This document shows, one piece after another, positions 37,252 through 46,055 of a DNA stretch of 64,000 bases (its first letter is position 1; each line of letters begins with the position of its first letter). Under the pieces are notes generated by a model. The model was not told where the DNA came from. It searched no databases and was given only the letters and a program-made list of their open reading frames with translations. The stretch covers positions 28,623 to 92,622 of the forward strand of contig JACVQJ010000003.1 of the NCBI GenBank assembly GCA_015661075.1. Reading direction: 5' to 3'. Both the position numbers and the translations under genes were made by a program. Source of the DNA: Parachlamydiales bacterium. GTDB taxonomy: Bacteria; Chlamydiota; Chlamydiia; Chlamydiales; SM23-39.

Positions 37252-39861
37252 TTACAAATACAATTTCCTTTTCCAATTCCCGATTGATTTCATCACGTCA
37301 AAAATATCGTAGTTGTGGAAGTTGGCGGCTATCCTGTTTTTCGCACGATCCGCGACCAGTTTTCCGCTCATGGCTCCCAGAAAAAGAGACGCAACGGTAC
37401 TGATGATGTGGAATGAGAAGAATGATGCGCTCAGAGCCCCGACGGCGACGGTCGTTGGATAGTCGACGCGATTCGAGAGGAGTATCACTGTTGCCGTACC
37501 TGTGATCGTTGCCGCAGCATGGCCAAATATGTATGACAGCTGCCACGCGAAGACAATACCGGCCAAAATGCAGATCGTTGCAGGGGCGCCTCCGAGGGAT
37601 TGAATGATGATCTGAGTCATGGGCTCTATTTTGCGGATGCGAAGCAGCCTGGCATTTTCTGAGACCTTCTGGATCTGTAACGGCATACGGGAAAGGTCCG
37701 TTAACACCACCAGTTGATGGGATCTCATCGATAATTCCAGTTGCTGGCGAACAGGTGGTATCGATTCTGTTAACTGGGCGATGAATTCGTCGGATATTGG
37801 AGCGGCATCTGGTTCTGATCGAGCGAAGGTTTGAAGCAGGCGACCCATCGGGCTTTCTCGATAGCATCCCGAAACGCGGCCGAGGACACGTCTAAATCCG
37901 GCGATATCGCATGAGCGAAATTGGCTCAGCATCATACTGAGCTGTTCAAAGTCTTTGTATTGATCTTCCAAAGAAACAATCGAAGCTTGCCCCGATTGGG
38001 TCCGGCGGATCATGACTCCCAGATTGCCCATTTCATGATGAATCGGTTGCATCGATTGGTCGATTCCAGGCTGAAGAGGGGATGGAACGCGTTGGGGATC
38101 GCACGTTAGCTCGCCCTTCAGCGCCTGAATCATTGCATTGAGTTCTCTAGTGAGATCCAATGAATTCGGTGGAATTTGGATCGAGCGGATCAAAGTCAAT
38201 CGCATTGAATCGAAGATTTCGCGCAGCTGGCCTCTTTCTGGTAAACTTGCCTCCACGGTTGGAATCAGAATTAGAATTTTTTGCACGTCATGCCAGCCAA
38301 GATTGAGTCGATCTTGACAGGCGGCGATGGCTTGCGCCCAGGAGTCTAAGGGCGCCGGGATCGGTCGTTGCATTCGCTGAACGGAATCGTTCAGCTCATG
38401 GATCGCTTCAGAGGGTAAATGGACGATCTGTTCGAGTTTTCCCTGAATTAACCGATCACTTTCCTGGATGGGCTGATGGATAACAGTTAATTGGGTGCGC
38501 AGATCCTGTTCGACACTCAGAGCCATTTGCTGAACGCGCTTCTCCGACGGCCCGAATAGCTGCTCTATGACCATTCCAGAGAAGAGCTCTCGTCCTTCGC
38601 CAATGATTTGCCCTTTCAAAGCCTCATATTGCTCCAGCAGATCCTTCAATTCTTCCGGTGTCGAGGGTGGTTCAACATCGAAAATATGTAAAGCAGAGTA
38701 AAAAATTTCTTCTGAATGTTCTGGATCGGAAATAAATGTGAGAAAAATGCGGCTGATGTCGATTTGATCTATGCTGACGCAGATCAGTTGAGAGAGTGTA
38801 TTGCTGGCTGGTTTGAGCTGATTTTGAACTTCCTGGTGCGTTTTACAGGATGCAAGCTGGTGCGCTTTGATGAGTTTTGTAACTACCTCGAGTAATTTTT
38901 CCTCTCGGGAGTCATCGGCGTTCGGTAAATGAATGGTCGATTCAATATGGGTTTTGAATTTTTGCAGCTGCCGGATCAGCGCCGATGTGATTGCGACGGC
39001 AAACGGGAGCATAGTAAAATGAAGAGAAGGGCTTGGAGCTCCAGTGCTTTTCGCGTGGAAGAGGAATGAGATGCATTTTCCTATGCTAAAGCGAAGAAAC
39101 CGGTTGGCCGCATATCCGATCGTAGCGTCGAAAAAAAACCCGCTCCACCGAATAAAAAACCATGAGCTTTTTTTTAGCGAAATAAAGAAGGGGACGCGCG
39201 GTAAAAATTCATAGACGGCATTTTGGGCAAATTGCCGGCAGATTTGTTCGAAGGGAGTGCCTTGCTTGAGGAGTTCTCTTTTGGAGCGAGCCTTGTCTTT
39301 GCCGTTGGCATAATTTTCGGCCGACTCAAAAAAAAGATCCAACATGAAACTGGCATCGCTCAGCAGTCTGTGGTTCAGCGCAGGGATATTCAGGCCGCCC
39401 TCGCCATGAATTAATTCCGAGCGCATCTTGGCCAGAAGCGTTTTCATGAATGTATCGAGGGTGTTGGGAATGATGCCAAGGCGGAACAGAAAAAAATATT
39501 TGAAGCCCGCGGCTCTTTTCTGGAAAAATGATCGGTTTTTGCCGGTTTTTTCCATGAATAGACTGTAAATGGAGCGATGCGTGTCAAAGCTGCTGTTGAC
39601 GATATCCATCGCGTCGCATGCGGCTATCTGATGGTCCATCGCGATCACCATCGCCAGCATGGAAGCCTTGTGGATGAAAATATCGAGCTCCCGATCGGTT
39701 TGTTCATGCGGATCATTTACAGGGCGATCGTCTAGGGAGGGAGCCTGTGCAATCGAATCGGCCAATGCCGGGGGGGCAATATATTGAGAGCTGTTAGATG
39801 ATATCCCATCCTTAGGCGTTGTGCGATCAGGTGTAGATGGTGAGACGGCCTGAATACCCAT
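37252..39861 (-). CDS. large hypothetical protein (869 aa), candidate secreted/membrane-inserting effector
   Basis: No signal peptide. Ser/Pro/Thr-rich, disordered-looking N-terminus. A long helical middle. A C-terminal ~100-aa hydrophobic block (..ICILAGIVFAWQLSYIFGHAAATITGTATVILL..VAVGALSASFFSFHIISTVASLFLGAM..). No enzymatic motif recognised. Confidence 0.65.
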   Translation of the reverse strand: MGIQAVSPSTPDRTTPKDGISSNSSQYIAPPALADSIAQAPSLDDRPVNDPHEQTDRELDIFIHKASMLAMVIAMDHQIAACDAMDIVNSSFDTHRSIYSLFMEKTGKNRSFFQKRAAGFKYFFLFRLGIIPNTLDTFMKTLLAKMRSELIHGEGGLNIPALNHRLLSDASFMLDLFFESAENYANGKDKARSKRELLKQGTPFEQICRQFAQNAVYEFLPRVPFFISLKKSSWFFIRWSGFFFDATIGYAANRFLRFSIGKCISFLFHAKSTGAPSPSLHFTMLPFAVAITSALIRQLQKFKTHIESTIHLPNADDSREEKLLEVVTKLIKAHQLASCKTHQEVQNQLKPASNTLSQLICVSIDQIDISRIFLTFISDPEHSEEIFYSALHIFDVEPPSTPEELKDLLEQYEALKGQIIGEGRELFSGMVIEQLFGPSEKRVQQMALSVEQDLRTQLTVIHQPIQESDRLIQGKLEQIVHLPSEAIHELNDSVQRMQRPIPAPLDSWAQAIAACQDRLNLGWHDVQKILILIPTVEASLPERGQLREIFDSMRLTLIRSIQIPPNSLDLTRELNAMIQALKGELTCDPQRVPSPLQPGIDQSMQPIHHEMGNLGVMIRRTQSGQASIVSLEDQYKDFEQLSMMLSQFRSCDIAGFRRVLGRVSGCYRESPMGRLLQTFARSEPDAAPISDEFIAQLTESIPPVRQQLELSMRSHQLVVLTDLSRMPLQIQKVSENARLLRIRKIEPMTQIIIQSLGGAPATICILAGIVFAWQLSYIFGHAAATITGTATVILLSNRVDYPTTVAVGALSASFFSFHIISTVASLFLGAMSGKLVADRAKNRIAANFHNYDIFDVMKSIGNWKRKLYL

Positions 39862-39895
39862 AAAAGATTGCCTCTAAATGCGTTGATACATCATC

Positions 39896-40558
39896 ATGGA
39901 CATAGTCCTTTGCAAGGCAAGTAGAATATTTAATTGTAGGTTTTGTATCAAAGAAATATTGGAATTACTACAGATTGCAGACCGTCTTCTCGGCCCTGGA
40001 GGTTGTCCCTGGGACCGGGAACAAACGTTATTGACCCTGCAAAAATATCTGTTGGAAGAGACGCACGAGCTCATTGAGGCTATCGATCGGGATGATTCCG
40101 GGCAAATTGTTGAGGAGATGGGCGATGTATTGTTTTCTCTCATTTTTATAGGAAAATTGGGTGAAAAAGCCAATCGATTTACATTCAACGATGCGGTTCA
40201 GTGTGTTTGTGAAAAACTGATTCGGCGCCATCCCCATATTTTTGCAGGCGTGAGCGTGAATGGCGTCGATGACATCGTTCAGAACTGGGAAGCCATCAAG
40301 AAGAAAGAAAAAGAGCGGAAAACGATTTTTGAGGGGATCCCTCCCACATTGCCGATTTTGGCCCGGGCGCAAAAAATGATTGAAAAGCTTCAGCGCCACA
40401 AAAGTTCATTGGCACCCATCGGATCTGGCCAGAAAGTTTCTGAAGAGGAAGTGGCGAGACGTTTATGGGAGTTGCTGGGACAGGCCCAAAGTTCAGGGGT
40501 CGATGCCGAGTCAGCCTTGCGCCGTTATTGTCAGCAGATAAAAAACACCGGAGAGTGA
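39896..40558 (+). CDS. mazG: nucleoside triphosphate pyrophosphohydrolase MazG
   Basis: ..GGCPWDREQTLLTLQKYLLEETHELIEAI..EEMGDVLF..RRHPHIF... The true start may be TTG at 39959; only 34 bp separate ATG 39896 from the divergent gene. Confidence 0.85.
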   Translation: MDIVLCKASRIFNCRFCIKEILELLQIADRLLGPGGCPWDREQTLLTLQKYLLEETHELIEAIDRDDSGQIVEEMGDVLFSLIFIGKLGEKANRFTFNDAVQCVCEKLIRRHPHIFAGVSVNGVDDIVQNWEAIKKKEKERKTIFEGIPPTLPILARAQKMIEKLQRHKSSLAPIGSGQKVSEEEVARRLWELLGQAQSSGVDAESALRRYCQQIKNTGE

Positions 40559-40645
40559 TCCGCGGCAAAAACTGAATCCTTAAGGCTGCTACCTTCCGGT
40601 CCTGACCTGGTTCAGATTGCTTATCCCGCGAGTTCCCCGGTGAAA
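40548..40645 (-). ncRNA. ffs: signal recognition particle RNA (4.5S/SRP RNA)
   Basis: The minus strand reads ..cgcgggataagcaatctgaaCCAGGTCAGGACCGGAAGGTAGCAGCCttaaggattcagtttttgccgcgg... The capitalised block is almost identical to the E. coli 4.5S domain IV core (CCAGGUCAGGUCCGGAAGGAAGCAGCC) with its GGAA tetraloop. Flanking strands pair (tctgaa/ttcag, cgcgg/ccgcg). Ends are approximate, and the 3' end overlaps the mazG stop. Confidence 0.8.
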
Positions 40646-40650
40646 ACTAA

Positions 40651-40680
40651 AGTATAGTATCTATCTTTCCTTTATCTCAA
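40651..40680 (-). promoter_or_regulatory. sigma-70-type promoter for ffs
   Basis: On the minus strand: TTGAGA (40680-40675), 18 nt, TATACT (40656-40651), about 7-10 nt upstream of the predicted RNA 5' end. Confidence 0.45.
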
Positions 40681-41891
40681 CGTACTTCCGTTTTCTTTTC
40701 GGGAATGGCGTTTAAATTCAGCAAGTAGGTCTCCGGAAAGAATTTTGAAAGAATTTTTATGGCATTATCGCCATTTTGAGCCATCGCCGAAGCCGAATAG
40801 AGGCATAGGCCGACGCCGTGTCCCTTGCCAAATCCGCTAAAGCTGACCGATTCTTCTTTCAATGAAACAGTGAAGTCGCTGCTGAGCAGATGCTGCTTGC
40901 CCAAGCGCTCTTGCAGAGTAAAGAAATCAATGTCATGCGCATCATGACCGTCTTTGATTCTCAGGCCGTAGACTTTGTTCGACGAGGCATCGACGAATAA
41001 TTCGATGCTGTTGATTTGGGGCACATCGAGCAGATGGGCCAGCGTTTTCTTCGCGATCGAATAGTTCCATTTTGCATCTTTGCGATCCAATGCGGCATGG
41101 GGCGCTTCTACGCCAGCGCTGATAGCGAAAGCATCCTTGCGGAACATCGTTTGGAAAGCGGCTGTTTTTCCGGCGCTATGTTCAGTCCAGGATGTGGCGA
41201 ATGGAAGAGATCTTCCCTCTTTGGGATGGACGAGAATCAGATGGCGCGTGGATTCCACAGCTTTCGCAACCGAAGAAACAGGGGAAATCAATCCGGATCC
41301 CTGATAGCCGACATCGGCGGCAAAAACGTTCCAGAAGGCCTCATGATGCCTTGAGGCGGTGTAGTAGGCGTTCGTTCGGATGAGGATCGCCATGGCAGAC
41401 ATCACTTCGCTTTCGAGGGGTTGGGCGAGGTGGACGGACAACAGGCTTTTTACATACGATTCGATGTCGAGATCGTTCACGATGTTGATCCGGTTGCCAA
41501 CGGCGTAAATGGCGACGCTTCCGCTATATTGGATGCCATTGATAAAAATGGATGTTTCATCCGAGCGGGGCTGAATCAGCAATTGATAGAAGCCGGGAAA
41601 CTCTTCTCCCCATTTGAGACCCGTTGGTGTGGCATGAACCATGAAGCGCTTGCCGAGAAGGCCTGAGGCGACTTTGGTTCCATCCTGCGGGTTGAACAGG
41701 AAATAGGAGCCCTTGACCTCCAGGAGCGCTTCGGTTGCGTCTCTTTCAAGGAGCACCTGAATATTTTGTGGAGCGGCGGGCTCCGCGATGTTTTCAAAAT
41801 TAGCGTCGGGGGTGGAACCGACATCGGCCCAAATAGTCGTTAGCGATACACCGCACAGGGCCGCAGCGATGATAGCAGGAATGATGCGCAT
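40677..41891 (-). CDS. spoIID: SpoIID/LytB-domain protein (peptidoglycan remodelling)
   Basis: Start moved to MRIIPAIIAAALCGVSL (signal peptide, 41891). C-terminal ..GFGKGHGVGLCLYSASAMA.. is the SpoIID signature region. Confidence 0.8.
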   Translation of the reverse strand: MRIIPAIIAAALCGVSLTTIWADVGSTPDANFENIAEPAAPQNIQVLLERDATEALLEVKGSYFLFNPQDGTKVASGLLGKRFMVHATPTGLKWGEEFPGFYQLLIQPRSDETSIFINGIQYSGSVAIYAVGNRINIVNDLDIESYVKSLLSVHLAQPLESEVMSAMAILIRTNAYYTASRHHEAFWNVFAADVGYQGSGLISPVSSVAKAVESTRHLILVHPKEGRSLPFATSWTEHSAGKTAAFQTMFRKDAFAISAGVEAPHAALDRKDAKWNYSIAKKTLAHLLDVPQINSIELFVDASSNKVYGLRIKDGHDAHDIDFFTLQERLGKQHLLSSDFTVSLKEESVSFSGFGKGHGVGLCLYSASAMAQNGDNAIKILSKFFPETYLLNLNAIPEKKTEVR

Positions 41892-41895
41892 ACGT

Positions 41896-42933
41896 TTACT
41901 CCATTTTTCTTGAGGGGCTTTTCTTCCCCATGTGATGATAAGCAATTGCTGTCGCCTCCCGTCCGCGCGGAGTCCTCTTCAGAAAACCCTGCAGGATCAG
42001 GTAAGGCTCGTAGACCTCTTCCAGCGTGTGAGCCTCTTCTCCCACCGCTGCAGCCAAATTACTCAGGCCGACAGGTCCACCTTCGTGATGATCCATGATA
42101 ACGCTTAGAATTTTTTTGTCCATTTCCTCTAAACCCGCCTCGTCAATGGCGAGCATTTCCAGCGCTCGATTGGCAACCAAAGTGTCGATCGATGCGATTG
42201 TATGGGCTTGCGCATAGTCGCGGACCCATCGCAGTAAATTATTCGCGATGCGCGGAGTGCCGCGCGAGCGCCTCGCGATCACTTGCGATGCGGCCATATC
42301 GATCGAAATGTTTAGCAGTTTTGCGGATCGCTGAATGATTTGCTGCAAAATCGCAGGTTCATAATAATCCAGGCGCAAATGAATGTTGAAGCGCGAGCGC
42401 ATCGGGGCGCTCAAAAGGCCTGATCGTGTGGTCGCGCCAATCAGGGTAAATGGATTGAGCTTTACTTCCACGCTGCGGGCATTGGGGCCAGAGTCGATCA
42501 TCAGATCCAGAGCAAAATCTTCCATGGCGGGATAGAGATACTCTTCCGCGCTTTTGGCCAGGCGGTGGATTTCATCGATAAAAAGGACGTCGCCGAGTTT
42601 CAGATTGGTCAATAGTCCTGCAAGGTCCCCGGCTTTTTCAATCGCCGGTCCGGAAGTGACGACGAGATTCGATCCCATTGATTTGGCGATAATGTGGGCC
42701 AATGTGGTTTTTCCTAGTCCCGGCGGGCCGGAAAAAAGACAATGGCCCAGCGCTTCTTTGCGCCCTTTGGCGGCTGTGATAATGATCTCAAGGCGTTTAC
42801 GAACCGATTCCTGGCCGAGAAAATCGTTCAATGTCTGTGGACGAAGAGGGATTTCAAAAGGCTGATCCGGCTGAGCCCACGAAGATTCGATAAAATTGCT
42901 GCCCTTAGGGGCGCTTGAGGAGTTGTCCATCAT
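41896..42933 (-). CDS. ruvB: Holliday junction branch migration helicase RuvB
   Basis: Walker A GPPGLGKTT, Walker B ..VLFIDEIHRL.., sensor and winged-helix regions. Confidence 0.95.
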   Translation of the reverse strand: MMDNSSSAPKGSNFIESSWAQPDQPFEIPLRPQTLNDFLGQESVRKRLEIIITAAKGRKEALGHCLFSGPPGLGKTTLAHIIAKSMGSNLVVTSGPAIEKAGDLAGLLTNLKLGDVLFIDEIHRLAKSAEEYLYPAMEDFALDLMIDSGPNARSVEVKLNPFTLIGATTRSGLLSAPMRSRFNIHLRLDYYEPAILQQIIQRSAKLLNISIDMAASQVIARRSRGTPRIANNLLRWVRDYAQAHTIASIDTLVANRALEMLAIDEAGLEEMDKKILSVIMDHHEGGPVGLSNLAAAVGEEAHTLEEVYEPYLILQGFLKRTPRGREATAIAYHHMGKKSPSRKME

Positions 42934-42987
42934 TAAAACTCTAGCAAGAAAACGAATTCAAACGCTATATCATATATGATTCAGCAT

Positions 42988-43167
42988 CTCGACTTTGTTC
43001 ATTTTTAGGGTCGAAGGCCTCGATGGATTTGCCCTCTGAGGCGTTCATGTAAGAAGGAAGGGGGTGACTATCCCCTTCCTTCTTACATGAACGCCTAGTT
43101 CGACCAGAGGTCGAACGTCAGAGGGCAATAGGCGAGGCAGGCGGCCCTGAAAATGTACAAAGTCGAG
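42988..43167 (-). mobile_element. family A MITE-like element, copy 3 (180 bp, inverted orientation)
   Basis: Same termini and modules as copies 1 and 2, but reverse-complemented. Lies 54 nt from the ruvB start and 21 nt from the dcd start. Flanking 5-mers agcat / aacat match at 4 of 5 positions. Confidence 0.9.
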
Positions 43168-43188
43168 AACATAACAAAGGTGGTTTTC

Positions 43189-43755
43189 ATGTTACAGTCA
43201 GATCGATGGATTCGGAAAATGGCGCTCGAGCATGGAATGATCGAGCCGTTTGTAGACCGGCAGATGAGAGCTACCGAAGGGAGCAAGATCGTTAGCTTTG
43301 GATTGTCGAGTTATGGATATGATTTGCGCGTCGCTGATGAATTCAAGGTGTTTACCAATGTGTATAACTCGATCGTCGATCCCAAGAATTTTCGCGACGA
43401 TTCTTTTGTCACTTTCAAGAATGCATCGACGTGCATTATTCCGCCGAATTCCTTTGCCCTGGCCCGAAGCATCGAATATTTTCGCATTCCGCGGAATGTA
43501 TTGACCCTCTGTATTGGGAAGTCGACGTATGCCAGGTGTGGAATCATTGTCAATGTGACTCCGTTCGAACCCGAATGGGAAGGTACGGTCACTCTCGAAA
43601 TTTCCAATACAACCCCCCTTCCGGCGAAGATTTATGCCGGGGAAGGACTCGCTCAAGTCCTCTTTTTTGAGGCCAAAGAAGCGTGCGAGGTTTCATATGC
43701 TGATCGTAAAGGTAAGTATATGAAGCAGATGGAAATAACTTGTCCACGTATTTGA
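43189..43755 (+). CDS. dcd: dCTP deaminase
   Basis: ..[16 protein letters not shown].. and the rest are typical of Dcd. Start moved to [12 protein letters not shown] (43189), because the listed [12 protein letters not shown] extension is encoded by the family A repeat terminus. Confidence 0.9.
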   Translation: MLQSDRWIRKMALEHGMIEPFVDRQMRATEGSKIVSFGLSSYGYDLRVADEFKVFTNVYNSIVDPKNFRDDSFVTFKNASTCIIPPNSFALARSIEYFRIPRNVLTLCIGKSTYARCGIIVNVTPFEPEWEGTVTLEISNTTPLPAKIYAGEGLAQVLFFEAKEACEVSYADRKGKYMKQMEITCPRI

Positions 43756-43851
43756 TTAAAAATGGAACCCTCCTGATAATTCAGGTCAGGACGTGGGTTT
43801 ATGGGCGGGACAATCAGCCAGATTCATTCGAAATCGGTTCGATCATCCATC

Positions 43852-44130
43852 ATGAGGAAACTTTTTGTTCACTCATGGTGGGCGGTTGTGTTTTCTACGC
43901 TGTGCATCGCGTTCTATTTTCAGGCGGCGCACAGCCGCTCTACAGTGCTTTTCGATCTATCTTCGCGCATGCAGGATATGGAGCAGGAAAAGTTGATCGT
44001 CGCGCAAGAGCAGGATGAACTAAATCTCCGCCTGCAATCTGAATCCGATCCGGCCTGGATTGAAATGACCCTGATGAAAGAACTCGGCGTAGTGCCCGAG
44101 GGTTGGACGAAGGTCCATTTCCAGAAGTAA
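43852..44130 (+). CDS. FtsB/DivIC-like septum-formation initiator (bitopic coiled-coil protein)
   Basis: Start taken at MRKLFVHSWWAVVFSTLCIAFYF (a single TM). A coiled-coil follows, with the ..DPAWIEMTLMKELGVVPEG.. C-terminus typical of the family. Confidence 0.55.
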   Translation: MRKLFVHSWWAVVFSTLCIAFYFQAAHSRSTVLFDLSSRMQDMEQEKLIVAQEQDELNLRLQSESDPAWIEMTLMKELGVVPEGWTKVHFQK

Positions 44131-44177
44131 CAGTAATTTCAGCTAGCTATTCCTACCTTGCCGGCATCAGCCGTGGT

Positions 44178-44369
44178 CTTTAAGGATAGGAGTTCTTCGA
44201 CAGCTAATGGCGGGCGCTTAAAAGCGACCGATAAAATAAATAGCTCGGCTTACCCGCCCCTGAAGGGGCGGGATTGCGCTTCGAGCAAGCTGTTCAAAGG
44301 CACTTGTGATGGGAAGCTGTGCTGCTTAGAAGTGACCAGATGCCTGGAACGACAAAGAAAGAAAAGGGG
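44178..44369 (+). repeat. family C (diverged) + module D repeat, copy 3
   Basis: Collinear with 45750-45973. Module D (44301-44369) is nearly identical to 45905-45973. The C part is diverged, but its stems are preserved by paired substitutions. Confidence 0.8.
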
Positions 44370-44557
44370 ATTCCCTTCCCAGGAAGAGACGCGAATCCGT
44401 TTTTGATTAATAAAAGCGCAAAAACTCTCGAAAAGGCAAAAGGGACTGTTGGAAGAGGTCGTCGGCCAGAACGAGGCCGATCAGATCAGCTATCTCAATC
44501 GCGAAGAGTTGCTCGCCGTTTTCGAGACGATCTGGAAAGGCGTTTCTCAGCGTCTTT

Positions 44558-45616
44558 TCAAAAGCAAATGCGCTTGTTCAGATTCGGGATTTTTAGGGGT
44601 GGTGGTGGTGAGAGTTTTTTCTGAGTTAATTGGGAGGTAAGGCGTAAGGATTTGAGCGTTTTATTTAATTCGAATAACTCTTTTTTGTCAGCTTTAATTT
44701 GTGTGTTGATTATTGCATATTTTTTATAATGAAGCTCGCATGTATTTCTATTAGAGAGATTCTCAAATTCGAGAGTTTCAATTTGTTGAGCAACTGAATT
44801 ATTGCTAGCGGTGGAACTTGAAAAGCTATCAGTGAGCCCTTCTTTCTTATTGTCAGTTGGAGTGGGCATTATAGTTGTGCGTCGTTGGCTAAGATTTATG
44901 GGAAATTCGGACTTTTTAGGAGGGGTGGGGATATTATTTTTTTCTGAGTCATCTGAGCCAATAGGTGTTGATGAGATAACTGTTGGGGATTCGGGCATAT
45001 GTTTAATTGGCTTTAAATTTTCTTTGAGGCCTGTAATTCCATCAGTAATAACTATATGTTTATTTATATCACGGGTATAATTATCATAATGAGTATCGGC
45101 TATTTTTTGATTTAAGACCAGCGCTTCTTCGAGATCTGAAATTCGTTTTATAATTTCCTTCTCATTGGTAGGGAGGGAACTTCGAATGTCAATAGGGATC
45201 TCTTTAACGGCGCTCGATTCGTTAGTTGGAATATCCTTTTCAATTTTATCTACAATTTTTTTAGCAAGAGTTTCACGGAACAAATCTGATATCCGATTTT
45301 GCAAAATAAGCGATCCTATCTTCTTGGCGCTTTTTAGAATCATGCTATTGTCTGTTTTTTTGTCGGTAATTTTATAGGCAAGATCTACAATATCTTGAGT
45401 AAGATTGTCTAAGCCATTATCGTTATATATTTGGGTGTTTTTATCCCAGGTTTTTAACAAATGACTAAAAGCCACTTTTGCGAGGTTTCTGATCTCCTGA
45501 TTGATTTTTCTATCAAATAACGTTGAAAGTCGGATGCAAAAACGTTTAAAAAACCCAGGGATTGCAAAATTGCTAGAGTATGTTGTTAAACTAGTTGGGC
45601 TTAATGCAGGATTCAT
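44558..45616 (-). CDS. hypothetical protein (352 aa) in a visibly AT-rich segment; effector-like low-complexity protein
   Basis: Asn/Lys/Ile/Ser/Thr-rich sequence, a Pro-rich C-terminal region (..KLSPPPPLKIPNL..), no signal peptide and no TM. Composition contrasts with neighbouring genes. Bracketed by the C+D direct repeats. Confidence 0.6.
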   Translation of the reverse strand: MNPALSPTSLTTYSSNFAIPGFFKRFCIRLSTLFDRKINQEIRNLAKVAFSHLLKTWDKNTQIYNDNGLDNLTQDIVDLAYKITDKKTDNSMILKSAKKIGSLILQNRISDLFRETLAKKIVDKIEKDIPTNESSAVKEIPIDIRSSLPTNEKEIIKRISDLEEALVLNQKIADTHYDNYTRDINKHIVITDGITGLKENLKPIKHMPESPTVISSTPIGSDDSEKNNIPTPPKKSEFPINLSQRRTTIMPTPTDNKKEGLTDSFSSSTASNNSVAQQIETLEFENLSNRNTCELHYKKYAIINTQIKADKKELFELNKTLKSLRLTSQLTQKKLSPPPPLKIPNLNKRICF

Positions 45617-45749
45617 AATTAACCTCTATATTATCTATGTCTTATACATATATTATATAATAAATTAATAATAATGTAAAGGATGTAATAAGTCTTTATA
45701 TAGCGTGGTTGCGCTAAGTGTATCGCGCTTATAGTAAGCGACTTAAAAT

Positions 45750-45973
45750 GATAGGAGTTTGAAGAACTCCTCCTAGAAAGGAGGCGATTCTTTAAGTAGC
45801 TTTTGGAGGCGGTGCGGCTAAAGCCGCATACCGCATCTCATAAAATAGCTTGCCTAGACCCACCCCTAAAGGGGTGGGATTGCGGCAAGCAGTGCGTTCA
45901 ATGGCACTTGTGATGGAAAGACGTGCTGCTTAGAAGTGACCAGATGCCTGGAACGACAAAGAAAGAAAAAGGG
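45750..45973 (+). repeat. family C + module D repeat, copy 2
   Basis: Contains stems ctcctcc/ggagg, gcggc-taaa-gccgc, gcttgcc..ggcaagc and cccacccc-taaa-ggggtggg, followed by module D cacttgtgatgg..aaagaaagaaaa. Confidence 0.85.
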
Positions 45974-45995
45974 ATAAATATTAACTTCTTTGGTA

Positions 45996-46055
45996 AGGGA
46001 CTGTAATAGAGTAGAGGAGTTAAGCGATTAACTCCTCTACTCTATTACAGTCCCT
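45996..46055. repeat. perfect 28-bp-stem hairpin with 4-nt loop
   Basis: agggactgtaatagagtagaggagttaa-gcga-ttaactcctctactctattacagtccct. There is no U-tract on either side, so it is not a standard terminator. Confidence 0.9.

Noticed and set aside
43153-43188. N-terminal extension of dcd ([12 protein letters not shown]..) suggested by the ORF track.
   Set aside because: The ATG belongs to the conserved terminus of the family A element (atgtacaaagtcgag), which is present at every copy. Dcd homology begins at MLQSDRWI (43189).
45612-45616. C-terminal ..KRICF of the AT-rich 352-aa protein as a CaaX prenylation box.
   Set aside because: The Cys is at position -2, not -4, so it does not fit the CaaX pattern.
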